From NCBI GenBank assembly GCA_964016885.1, contig OZ024743.1, positions 347,572,001 through 347,636,000 of the forward strand: a stretch of DNA of 64,000 nt. The letters run 5' to 3'. The translations under genes and the position numbers were made by a program. The notes under the pieces were generated by a model. That model was given only the letters and a program-made list of their open reading frames with translations, did not search any database and was not told the origin of the DNA. Shown piece by piece: positions 40,688 to 55,203 of the stretch; within the stretch, counting starts at the first letter, position 1, and the number at the start of each line of letters is the position of its first letter. Origin of the DNA: Eledone cirrhosa. Taxonomy: Eukaryota.

Positions 40688-40872
40688 TAACTGTTTCTAC
40701 TTTTGGCACAAGGCCATCAATTACCCAGTACATTACTGGTACTTTATTTTATCGACCCCGTAAGGATGAAAGGCAAAGTTAACCTCGGCGGGATTTGAAC
40801 ACAGACCGTAAAGGGACGTAACTATGCTGGAAAGCATGGTGTCCGACCCTCTACCAATACTGCCAATCCACC
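40688..40872 (-). mobile_element. Family-A SINE
   Basis: Close match to 20607-20800. Confidence 0.88.
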
Positions 40873-40974
40873 AATAATGATACTATTTATAGTTATGTAT
40901 ATACTATAAACAACAATAAACGGGAAAGGTCAGTAATTTTTTACTACCTTATTACCACTAAGAGAAATAGCTCA

Positions 40975-41376
40975 ATGGAAGAACATCAGGTGTTTTACAG
41001 AGCAGGAATTTACTCATGCACTGTCAACACAAACAACTCTTCTAAAACATATATTGGCTCAACTTCGAACTGCTTCAAGACGAGATACAACTCGCACTTC
41101 CATTCTTTCAAAAATCACAATCTAGCCAACTCCACTTCTTTATCTAGCTACATACACTCTCTGAAAACTAAGAATAGACCATATACACTTCAATGGGAAG
41201 TAGTAGGTAGGGCCGCATCATATAATCCACCGAATAAATTGTGTAACCTCTGTATTGTAGAGACCCGTACTATAATCTTTTCGAAACTAGACCTCCTAAA
41301 TAGAAAATCAGAGATGTTTTCCTCTTGCCAGCACCACTACCGACCCTCGTTACATAACTTTAAACCTAGCTGCTAG
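40975..41376 (+). pseudogene. GIY-YIG endonuclease domain of Naiad-like PLE
   Basis: GIYSCTV..TYIGSTSNCFKTRYNSH..SF..TSLSSYI..W..CNLCIVE..LLNRKSE..SCQH. Confidence 0.92.
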
Positions 41377-43455
41377 TATATAACAATGTCAGATGTGAAT
41401 GCCTCACCACCATTAACACTTCACCTCTAGGACTTATCAGCCCCCACAGCATCACAATCTTTGATCAGCTCTTTCCTCTACATAACTCCTAGTTATCTCA
41501 AACCTTATACTCTACAATAACTATTAGCAATAAACATAAAGTTACTACCTTTTAATATAACTACTATAGCTTACTTGTATTATATACAGTAATGGATATA
41601 TAATATGTAGAGACATTTAATGTAATATGTGTTAAATTATATATAAATTTATAATTAAATATATAAATTAATAACATTGTATATAAGGGATTAACTTTTA
41701 ACATAATATGTATATTAATAACACTAGAGATTTAACTAGTTGGACCTGTAAACAGCTATACATTTTTCCATAACTTATACCTTGACAAGTAATGGATAGA
41801 TAACAATGTAATGAGACCTATAATGTATTATATGAAAATAGACTGTATTTAAAATTAAATATAAATAAATAACATTATATAGAAGGGATTCACTTGTAGC
41901 ACAATATAATGTATATTAGAACAAAGAATTCAAATAATTGATACTTTCCTATATAATTTAATTTAATTTAATTAGCTAGTTACCTCCTCTTACCCATTAG
42001 CTCCCCTTAATTTTGGATCTCATACTCACTTCCGTAAATTAAACCGTTAGAAAAACTCGCTGTAGAACAATTCTCATACATAGATAAGAATACAATGAGA
42101 CCAATTTACAGTCCATTGCTATAACTAACTAAAACATTCAATATAAACATTAACTAAAATATAATTTAACATATGTATTGGAAAATAACTTTAATACTCT
42201 CAACACATACGCATTTGAACTCTACAGAATCAATCATCACATTACATCCACCATAATTTTAATACACTACCACCTTTGCCTGATATGCTTGTATACCTGT
42301 GTTATTTTATGTGATACCTTTGCCATACAGTATTTATTTATGCCTAATACCTTTGCTTGTGTCCTTCATATATATGACTAACTAATGTGCACTCTCTACA
42401 CGCTTGCATATGTACTGCTAGTATCCTCATTCTTCCTCAATGCATTAGACTATTCTATTGTATTATCTGTCGCAGGTATTCCACTTTGTGCTTTTAATTC
42501 TTTAAGTTCTAATAGGTCATCTGATATGTTTTGAGAGTAGACTGTATTTACAGTGAACTTTGATATAAAGATATAGCACTTTGTATCGGAAATTCAATTA
42601 TAGCACTATATAATAAAGAGTAATCAACTTCCTATAGATACCTTTAATACATTATGATAGAGTAGACTGTATTTAAAATTAAAAATTAGATATAAATATA
42701 TAACCTTTCATACAAGGGACTCAATTGAGGCACCATATAATGTATGTTAGAACAATGAATTTAGTTATGAGAATCAGTTAGTTACCTCCCCTTGCGCATT
42801 AACTCCCCTTAATTACACACCTACTTCCAGGTAATAAACCACTGTAAATTCTCGCAGCAGAAAGAACCTATTCTATAAATATGGATTAAATAACACTGAT
42901 CCTCAATACGCTACAATAATTTAATGCATCAAACATTCAATACGGAATCATCGTAACTTATGTGATGAATGTAAAAACTATGACTTCCTTTTTCTGAATG
43001 TGAAAATGGTGGTGGATGCAAAAACTATAACTTTCTTTTTCTTTTTTCTTTTTCTGCACACATACTTTTTTGATCTATACCAAACATACCATACCACTAC
43101 AACCACCATAATACTCTTGCTTACCCGCCTAAAGTGCTTGCATTACACGTAACAGCTTGCCACACAATAATAGTATATAAATGAGACACACTTGCATGCT
43201 CCATGAGTGACTAACGCATACACTATCTACTAGATATGATTATCAAACTATCCTCTTACATTATCTGTGTTATCTGCCGCATGTATTTTAATTTTAATTT
43301 TAATTTTGATTTTGATTTTAAATGTGAATTGCTGTCCAAATATAGTATAGTATAATATATGTCACTCCACTGTACATCAATATATATATATATATGTATC
43401 TATATGTCTCCTACGTTGGATAGGAAGTCAATTATAAGTACAAACATTGAAAAAT

Positions 43456-43500
43456 GCTCCGAAGACCTCAAATCTAGGTTTGGATGAAACAATTGTAAGT
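43456..43500 (+). ncRNA. Hammerhead ribozyme, variant core (U4C)
   Basis: GCT-CCGAAGA-stem II CAAATCT/AGGTTTG-GAAA-CAATTG-T-A-AGT, followed by AATAAA. Confidence 0.6.
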
Positions 43501-43928
43501 GAATAAATGCTTTGAACATAGCTTTGATTCTTTTGAATTCTATATAACTGCTCTGTAAACAAATGATGTTATTACATTGTGGTATTTATCTTACTGGTAA
43601 TAAGGTAATAATAAATTACTGACCTTCCCTGTTTATAGTTTAAAATATACATAACTATAAAAAGTTTAAAATATACATAACCATAAATAGTATCCTTAAT
43701 ATTATATATATATATATATATTTATAAACCTCACCTTGAAGCCTTGGGTTTTCAGGTTGTATGTGGCAAGCCTTCCCAAGGGTATACACTTAATATGGTT
43801 TGCAGCATAGAAGCCGAAACTGCAAAGTGTCGTGGTCGGGCTTATACCTTCCTTAATACGCTCTCTGCTCCTTCCCACGCATATAGTACTAACCGATTTG
43901 GGTTTTCCTGGACTTGGCATCACAGATT

Positions 43929-43961
<33 letters not shown>

Positions 43962-43966
<5 letters not shown>

Positions 43967-44112
43967 TTTGACTCCTGGACCAGGCGATGCGTTATGTTCT
44001 TGAGGAAGACACTTTATTTCACGTTGCTCCTTCTACCTGGAGTTGCGACCGATAGATAGTATTAGCAATTGGAAAGACCAACGGAAACATTGTTTCCTCG
44101 GTCCGATTTGAC
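43962..44112 (+). mobile_element. Family-B SINE, 5' truncated
   Basis: Homology to 19935-20085. Confidence 0.8.
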
Positions 44113-44339
44113 GAGAGTGATACATATAATGTATTACCACCTCTCCGTCAAAGACGGAGAGGTGGTAGTGCATTATAAGCCTTTGCCCCCTCACCAGATG
44201 TTCATTAGTAGATTCAGTTGCCACCACTTTGAGGGTGACAGGCCGAGATAAAGGCAGCTAGTTGGTCAGTCGTCCTTTCTGTCTCTGTCTCTGAATTTTC
44301 GGACCCATGGTTTTTTACATATTCCTTTGTTATATTCCA

Positions 44340-44400
44340 ATACCTGATGATATCACCGGATTCATATGGAACCCGGTCATTGAAATGATCATAGTATAAT
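44340..44400 (+). ncRNA. Type I hammerhead ribozyme (same family as 8948-9009)
   Basis: ATAC-CTGATGA(44344-44350)..ACCGG/CCGGT..GAAA(44382-44385)-TGATCA-TA-GTAT. The pLTR continues to the (TA)n at 44597. Confidence 0.8.
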
Positions 44401-44594
44401 AAACCTTTCAAGGATTTACACCAGTCCAGCCTCCTGTTATTTTATTTTATTTATAATTAACTCCGTATTCGCGCCACCAACTACACAAACGAAGATGGGT
44501 GAACTGCACTGCGTTGAGTACTCTTCACAATATTACACCAGGATTGACCATACCGAATGACCAGTTCTATCCAGTGATGAACCAACAAACCTAA

Positions 44595-44647
<53 letters not shown>

Positions 44648-45089
44648 CGTGTGTCTGTGTCTGTGAGAGAGAGGGAGAGAGTCTGTGTTTATGGATGCGT
44701 GTATAATACCAAAATGTTTTACAAATATTGATATGTAAAACATTGACAATACAGAGGACGCTAGAGATAGAGAAATAGATTCGTGGTTTCAGACAGACCC
44801 ATTTGTTTCGAGGTAAGCTATGTTACATTCTAGAGTCTTTTTACATGGGTGTATAGTTTTTATTGTCTAGCCCCTAATTAGTTCTGATGTATATCAGCTT
44901 TATTTATCAATACTATACTACTACCAAGTATAAATTTTGTTTATTTTTAGATTTGAGATTTCGTTATTATTTATAGTATATCAAAGGTTTGCGAAAATAT
45001 TTTTAATAGGATTTAATCTCGAACATTTTCTTGAAGACAGAAAGTAATACTGTTGCGGCAGTAGTTCGTTCTTCGTGATATATAATTAA

Positions 45090-46912
<1,823 letters not shown>

Positions 46913-47927
46913 TATTGCTCACGGGACGCTTCTGTAATATTACATATTTTCTATTTTGCAATAAAGACAATTGCTTTTTGATTGCAGGTATTTTCGTTTA
47001 TGTGATATGTGTTACTTTTAGGGTATGCCTATCATTTTAATACCAGCACCAGTCTCTTGGATTATTTATTGGAATATATTGATGCAATTAATTGACCTAT
47101 GCTTCCTGTCTGAGGATAACTCAATTGATATGATTTCTTCCTGTTTTGCCATCCGCCTTGAAAACATATCAACCTCTGACAATTAAATAATTGAAATATG
47201 TAATTATTTTGAATAATTCTGTAATTATAGTAAGAGTATGGTGCTTATGCCTATTATACATTAAAATAGAGTAAGAAGCTGTAAAATTAGTGTCTTTTTA
47301 TCGCAAAAAAATGAATAAACGCCGAAACAATTTCACACAGATTTCCAAAGTCTAACTGATTTTCCTATGTGTTCTATGTAGCATTATTCTCTCAATGACC
47401 TAATGTAGATCATTAGATATACGAAGATAGTGAGTGCCCCGAGTGTTGCATTTCTAATAAATTTCTTTACTAAATTCAGTTAATCTTGATTACATGAACC
47501 AGCATAGAATCACTAAATAGAACTTTTTTATTTGGTATTAATATATCAACACGTTACTGAATTAGAAAGCAATCCAAACCATTACTTACGGTCGTAACGG
47601 CTCTTCTCCACTTCCGCAAATAAAAAAAAAACGGCCTAACACAAAAATGTACATATAAATTAAGATTAATCTTAACAAATATATATTTTAAATATTTAAA
47701 TAAATATTTGTATCAGAAATAATCACACATAGAAGACTATTACAAGAGAATTAAACACAAGCATGTCATATCTACAAAAAAGCATAAGCTGCTCAGTGAT
47801 GGTGCTCACAAAATGAGTTAGACCCAACAGTAAGCCCGCGGGTTCATTTCGTTTTGAATTGACCGTACAATGTTTAATATATAATATATCGTTCCCTTTT
47901 CCCTTCTATTTTCCTTCCCTCATTCTT

Positions 47928-48402
<475 letters not shown>

Positions 48403-48999
48403 GGGAAAAAGGTTTTTATGTTCAAACATGGAGTGAAATATTTTTTTTAGACATTTGCCCTTGTGTTGAGAGGGTATAGATGGTAAAGTGTTCTTCCCCG
48501 AATTCTCAACCTCTCAGTGGATTATATAATGTTTCTTCAGGCCACCGGATGATTTGTATATTTCGTAGCAAACCTGACATATAATGTGATGTTCAACTCA
48601 TGAGAAATTTGGATTAAATTGTGTGAAATTAAAAATGTTTTCAGACCAGCATTTGATAGGCATACCTAATACATTGTGAATAAGTGTAAAATTTATTTTC
48701 ATTTTGGGAGTTTATGTTCTCTTTGGGAGCAGTCCTTTTGAGTTCACCATATCTATTACGCTCCTCCTCAAATATATTGACGCAATTTGTTTGCATTTCC
48801 AACCTATCTTATCATTAGTATCTTCTCAATTGTTACCATTTATTTTTACTTATTTTTTATTTAAATGCATCATTGTATGACATCATTGGATTTGTACACG
48901 GTCTTCTTCTTAGTTATAGTGCCCTTTAGAAAAGAAAAGTTCTTTCACCAAGACAAACAAGGAAGGATTCATGATCATGGTGGAGGGATAAGCGTAAAC

Positions 49000-50110
49000 A
49001 TTAACTCTATCAAACTTAAGTTTGCACTCTTGAGAGTGAGAGCTTTCGATTATAAGTTAAGGGTGTTTCTAAGGTAATCCTGATGAAATATTTCCAATGA
49101 CTTTATATGTCACACATGTGTATTTCAGGTTTCAGAGCATTAAAGAAGTGAGACAAAAGCAAGTTATACCATAATATTTTTATACAATTTAATTCCATGT
49201 TAATCCCAGACACGCTGCTTTAGTTTCTCAAATGCAATTGATTCCTTTTGAATCTCCAGAGAAATTCCCTCATCTAGTGAACAATATTGAAAGAGGGTTC
49301 TTCCAAGATATACGAATTTCGCCTGTTACAAGGAAGACTGGGGAAATGTGTAGCTTCCCAAGATTTGGCTAATACATAACTGTTGTCTTCTTCCAATCAT
49401 AGAACTACCAAATGTATCAATGGTGGTATCAAAAGACGAAGCAAGTGACTGAAGATCAATTTGTGTATTACAAAGAAAGTCTGCGTCATCTGCAAATAGA
49501 AGGTCTCTTACAACATGCTTTTGATTTGGTCCTCAATCGTTATAGATTGAAGTATCTTCGTATATATTTATATAGTATGTATATCAATTATTGGTTATCT
49601 TGAAAAACACCACATCAAAGCAAATTGCAAACAAGAGAGGGGCATCAAGGCCTCACTGTTTCATGCTAGTTTTGACTTCAAAGTGATGGTCTGATATTGC
49701 ACCGTCATGAATTCTGGCCACTTTCCATCCGTGCATGTTTCTAAATATATTTAAAAATGCATAAGCGCAATTACACCTTTTCAACACAGACAGTAACGTA
49801 ATCATAATAACATTATCATCAGCTTGAGTGAGATCTATAAAGCTATGATACAATTCCATCTCTTAATCAATTTCTCACACAAGGGTAGCAAGAACATGAC
49901 GTTCTAGCCCTGACAATGACTTACATTTATTTCTCCATATGCAGTAGAAAATGTAAAATATGTTTAGATGAAGCGATACCTGTGCTTCAAGCTTTTTTAA
50001 GAGAAAAAAGCGGTTTGCTTGGATCAATCCTCCTCTCTGAATAACTGTAGCAGACATCCCAAAGGAAAAACAGGTCAGCATCATTTGCTGCTATTAAGGC
50101 AAAGATTTTA
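49000..50110 (-). mobile_element. Old RTE/BovB-like RT fragment
   Basis: LYHSFIDLTQA..ARIHDGAISDHHFEVKTSMKQ*GLDAPLLF. Boundaries approximate. Confidence 0.7.
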
Positions 50111-50380
50111 CTGTAGTGTGATGTCAGGGCTTCACGCTAAGAGAAGTGGACTAGGTACGCGCTCAGGCGCCAAACCGAATATGTTCATGCCCCCCCCCCC
50201 CCCTATCATACATACACAAAGACATACATACAAACATACACACATACATAAAGATACACATACATAAAAACATACATACATACATACATACGTACATACA
50301 TACATACATACATTTATACATACATACACACACGCTTAAATGCATGCATACATACATACATACATACATACATACATACA

Positions 50381-50411
<31 letters not shown>

Positions 50412-50433
50412 TTAATTACTAATTTATATTTCT

Positions 50434-50584
50434 GCTTACAAATTTGTTTCAGTCAACTTTGATTTCTTTAGAGATAACGAGAAAAAAATTATTGGCGAAT
50501 CTATAATATTATTAATTCAACAATAAGTATTTTCTCATTAACACAGAAGAAGTTGAAAATGACTGAAACGTATATCGTTTGATG
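50434..50584. ncRNA. Back-to-back pair of degenerate hammerheads
   Basis: Minus 50434-50473: CTAAAGA..GACT-GAAA-CAAATTTG-T-A. Plus 50542-50584: CAGAAGA-AGTT..GACT-GAAA-CG-TATAT-CG-T-T-TG. Confidence 0.45.
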
Positions 50585-50722
50585 ACATAGAATAAATAAA
50601 TATATTTCATTATAATTCTTAAAGTGTGAAATTCTCTATGGAGGAAAGGAATATACTTGTCCTAATACAAAAGCACATCGTGTGTAAATGCCTATGTACA
50701 TACATGTATGCATGTATGTATG

Positions 50723-51203
50723 TTTTCTCTTTCTCTTAATTTCGAGTATATTTTTTTGACCGGCCACCTTCCTGGTGGCAAGGCTGTAAAAGAAAAGAAA
50801 TTGTCATCCCTTGAATCGCAAGAATGTTTTGCAAATTTTGAAGGTGCCAGCTATCGCAGCCATTTGTAGACTATGAATTAGGGAGCTGCGCTTTTTGTCC
50901 GCAAATCCAAGTTCAGTCATACTTTGGTCCCAGCGGGTTGGTATATAACCCGTAGCTCCAATAATTATGGGTATGAAGCTAAAGGCTATCTTGGATACTG
51001 GATTTGTAAACTCCTCATCAATGGTCCGTAGATGTCCTCCTTCTCCTGTATTTTTCTGACAACGTTTACACAAGTGGGCAGCTGATCTCCACAACAGAAC
51101 ACGTTTTCAATGTGTGGTCCCAAACTACAAGATCAGGCCGGCTGTACTTTAATTTGGAGGCAGTTTTTATTTTCAGGTTCCACCAGTATTCCTTAGTGCC
51201 ATC
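50723..51203 (-). mobile_element. RLE-type non-LTR 3' fragment between (TATG)n tracts
   Basis: KYSRPDLVVWD...FSFIPIIIGATGYIP...GTFKICKTFL. Confidence 0.78.
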
Positions 51204-51273
51204 TGTATGTATGTATGTATGTATGTATGTATGTATGTATGTATGTATGTATGTATGTATGTATGTATGTATG

Positions 51274-51965
51274 TTCTTCTGGTTTTATCATTTCAGAAAG
51301 TTTTCCCAATAGAGAGAGAGTCGGTTTCTAACATAAACACAAGACTCTCTCATTGGAATTTACATATCAACTAGGAAGAAATGTATGTATATCTGCATGT
51401 GTAGATATGGATGTGATTGTATGTGTGGATGTGTATGTTTTGAGTTGTATATGTGCATGTGTATATGCTTTGCATCTGTACATGTGTATATGCAGTTATT
51501 AGATGCAACATTTTCGGAATGTTTTACATATTTTTACTGTTCCATTAATGGATTGTACTTGTAATTTGCTAACTAGTTGTGTTATTTCTGTTTCTGTGAA
51601 GCTTAGCTTCTCAAGATTTGTATTGGGGCAGTTACTAATATACTCCAGTGCCCCAATAATCACAGGCATAAATCTGAAGGTGTAATCAGGGTGGAGTATA
51701 TGCAGATTTCTCATCAGTTCTGCATAAATATTCTCCTTTTCCCTAATCTTTGATATTATATTGGCATATGCTGAGCAGCTAATTTCCACTACTGTGCAGC
51801 TTTCTTCTCCCTGTCCCATATCATAATATCTAGTCTGTTATGCCTGCATTTTATTGAGGTTTTTACTGGAACATTCCACCAGTACTCTTTCATATTATTA
51901 CATGGATGTCTTCCACATTACTATAGCTTTTAATGTATTTATTATCGGGGCTATCTTTTTTACAA
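51274..51965 (-). mobile_element. RLE-type non-LTR 3' fragment between (TATG)n tracts
   Basis: CTVVEISC..EKENIYAEL..FMPVIIGAL..GTVKICKTF. Confidence 0.8.
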
Positions 51966-51978
51966 ACTGCATGTATGC

Positions 51979-52011
<33 letters not shown>

Positions 52012-52017
52012 TGTATG

Positions 52018-52048
<31 letters not shown>

Positions 52049-52049
52049 G

Positions 52050-52568
52050 TACCGTCCAGCACTCAGCTGTACGAAGAGCACGAACACACTGCACATCTCG
52101 TCATGCATCCTGACAAGGATGTACTCCAAAAGATACCATTAATTAGATGCAGGATGCATCCATGTAGTCTATAAATATGTTATTTTGTTGGATCATGGTG
52201 TTGGTAACACACAGATCCATCTCCTCACACATCTACAGCAGGAGCATACCATTGTTGTTACACTTTCCCACCCCATGCCTTCCGATTACATTCCATGTGT
52301 TAAAATCCCTACCCACTTTAGCATTAAAGTCACCAAGCACAATGACTTTGTCTGCCTGAGGGATATTTTTAAAACACTTTTCAAGGCAGGGTAAAAGGAC
52401 ACTTTTTCTTCATCGACAGAATTCATGGTTGGAGCATACACACTCACCAGGGTCGCATATCTTCCTTTGTACAGCGGAATTCTCATGGACATAAGACGCT
52501 CACTAATCCCTACTGGGAATTCTTCTAATTTATCCACAAGAACAGTCTTAACAGCATATGCTACCTCA

Positions 52569-52570
<2 letters not shown>
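52050..52570 (-). mobile_element. RTE APE endonuclease fragment
   Basis: ISERLMSMRIPL..ATLVSVYAPT..FY, and further downstream WMHP..WYLL. Confidence 0.8.
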
Positions 52571-52638
<68 letters not shown>

Positions 52639-52886
52639 ATATTTATTTATATATAAAATATATATAAACCTATGTGAGTGTGTGTGTGTGGGGGGGGGGA
52701 GGCGTATCCATATATGTGGGTATGTATAAGTTTGCAAGAAGGCACATGCTTCTCAAGTTATTTATCTGTGAGAACGTATGTAAGTGCATGTATGCGTTTC
52801 CATGCGTATATGTATGCATGTATGCGTAGTTGTGTGCGTGCTTATATGTACACACATATATACATGTACGTTTGTGTGTCCTTGTA

Positions 52887-52918
<32 letters not shown>

Positions 52919-53275
52919 CTAGCAGTGGTACCCGGCGTTGCACGGGATAAGGTATTTTGGAACGCGGACCGCCAATAGACCTAATCGTGAAGAAACTGAA
53001 TGCCTGGACAATATATTAAAAAAAAAACCGAATACTCTGATGGCTGGATACTCTTTAAGATTTTCCTCGATGAAGCAGGAAATATGCAGGTTTTCACCTA
53101 ATGCGGACCCTAGGGGATCAAGAAAATGGATATTTTTATGTGTATAATATGCATTAAAATTTCGGGAAAATCAGCTAGACCTAATGCCTCCAAAAAACCC
53201 TAAGAAGCTGAAAAAATGAAGTTTTTAACCTAATGCGGGCCCAAGGCCATAAGAAAGTTGGATTTTCTTTGCTTA
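52919..53275 (-). mobile_element. Helitron-like 3' end with internal repeats
   Basis: Minus strand CCCGTGCAACGCCGGG-TACCACTG-CTAG|T, with repeated ACCTAATGCGG units. Confidence 0.7.
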
Positions 53276-53276
53276 C

Positions 53277-53957
53277 GAGGGACATTAGTGGAGAAAGCCC
53301 AGTAAAAGGCCAGAGTGACCCGGACCACCAAGGCAAGTGCCCTCTCCCAGTTTTCCACCTTTAATTTACAGATACATACTCAGAGTAGGCCCATTCACTC
53401 GGGCTATTCTTGCTTCTCTCACCCATCTTTCAACAAAATGCTGGGAAGAGAGCACTTCCCTCTCTACTCTGATTTTCCTTTTCAAATAAAATTTGAAAAA
53501 GTCAATCAGGGCATCACCGAAGAGGTAAGTGCTCGTCTTCAGCCCTTTCAAACGTGTCCACCATACTATCGCTTTCGCCATAGCCACCAGACAGATAAAA
53601 ACTGCCTGCCGTTCCCGGCTAAAGGAAGAATAATATTGATAATAATAATAGTAATATTGATAATAATATTGATAATAATATTGATAATAATAATAGTAAT
53701 AAATGGAATATATAATGTTTTCTTTATTAACCACAAGGGTTTACATAAAGTAGACATTAAGGACAGTACAGGACAATACAGTACGGTACAAATGGGCATT
53801 TCTGCGTGTAAAAAAAACAGAGGATGAAATAAAATAACAAAGAAAAATTCCCCAATAGGGGGGAGACTTCCGAGGGACATTTGTGGAGAAAGCCCATTAA
53901 AAGACCACAGTGGCCCTGACCACCAGGGCAAGTGCCCTCTCCCAGTTTTCCACCTTT
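53277..53957 (-). mobile_element. Two tandem 3' fragments of the Tx1/L1-like family separated by (AAT)n
   Basis: Homologous to 58785-59290. 53277-53363 is repeated at 53872-53957. Confidence 0.85.
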
Positions 53958-53962
53958 ATATA

Positions 53963-54019
53963 TTTCATTATATATATTTCAGGGATACAAACATTTTAGT
54001 GTGCCTTCTTCAGACAAAG
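53963..54019 (-). ncRNA. Putative type I hammerhead ribozyme
   Basis: TTTGT-CTGAAGA-AGG..CCT-GAAA-TATATA-T-A-ATGAA. Stem I uses G-U pairs. Confidence 0.6.
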
Positions 54020-54100
54020 TTCAATATTAGATGTATAAAATGTTATATGACATACTCGTAAAAGAGACCGTATACGATCAATTCAATACATATATATGTG

Positions 54101-54185
<85 letters not shown>

Positions 54186-54349
54186 TTATTGAAATAACAG
54201 ATTAAATTGTTAGCAAAGAATCATTTTTATATATTCTATATATATATTATCCTTATTCGAGCCCTCTTCAGATTTTAGTCTTCACATTTATTATTATTAC
54301 TATACACACAGACACACGAACGCAAAACACGAACGCACCCCCACCCACA

Positions 54350-54380
<31 letters not shown>

Positions 54381-54419
54381 CCGCATACATACATACACAC
54401 ACACACATGTATATATAAT

Positions 54420-54606
54420 AAATGTTTCTACTTTAGGCACAAGGCCAGCAATTATGCAGTACATTAATGGTACTTTATTTTACTGACCCCGTAAGGATGA
54501 AAGGCAAAGTTAACCTCGGCGGGATTTGAACTCAGACTGTAAAGGGACGTAACCATACTAGAAAGCATGGCGTCCAACCCTCTACCGATACTGCCAATTC
54601 ACCGCC
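54420..54606 (-). mobile_element. Family-A SINE
   Basis: Close match to the other family-A copies. Confidence 0.88.
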
Positions 54607-54699
54607 TTATATATGTAATAATAATAATAAATTTGAAGAGAAAAATCCAAAGATGGCTCTATAAGGATAAATATATATGAAATATATAAGAACCCTAGA

Positions 54700-55203
54700 G
54701 CTGATGTTTATTAAGATATGTAATCTGAGTTTTTCGAATATTAATAATAACATCCCTGGAAACTCTTTGAGATCGTACCTAGTGGTAATATGACAATCGG
54801 TACGACCTTGATCTCATGGCAGTTCCAAATCATTTTTAACTCCCACTTTAAATCCTGGTATCGGTTAATTTTCTCCCTCTCCTTTTCTTACACTCTCGTG
54901 TCAAATGGGCAGGCTACATCTACAATCAGGCACGATCTTTTTTCCTTGTCCAAAACCACCAGGTCAGGCCTATTGTGTTCTAATTTCTTGTCCGTCTATA
55001 TCCTAAAATCCCATAGCACATTCACCTGATCGTTTTCTATCACCAACTCTGGCTTATGCTCATACCACTTCTCAGAATGTGGTAAATTGTTTACTTTGCA
55101 TAGATGCCAGTGGATCACCCTGCCTATTACATCATGTCTCCAGCCTTGATAGTAAGTCTGGGCCAGGTGTTTACACTCGGAAACAATGTGAGCCACAGTC
55201 TTT
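54700..55203 (-). mobile_element. RLE (R4-like) LINE 3' fragment
   Basis: TVAHIVSEC..RHD..IHW..WYEHKP..LWDF, with RPDLVVLD..IVDVACP in the adjacent frame. Confidence 0.85.

Larger units (their letters stand above)
40880..43700 (+). mobile_element. Second 5'-truncated Naiad-like PLE with inverted terminal segment
   Basis: GIY-YIG ORF 40975-41376. ~40880-40963 is inverted relative to ~43588-43692. Degenerate hammerhead at 43456-43500. Ends in (TA)n. Confidence 0.85.

Noticed and set aside
40975-41500. Selenoprotein coding (reported for some Naiad PLEs)
   Set aside because: No in-frame TGA in either GIY-YIG fragment and no convincing SECIS by eye
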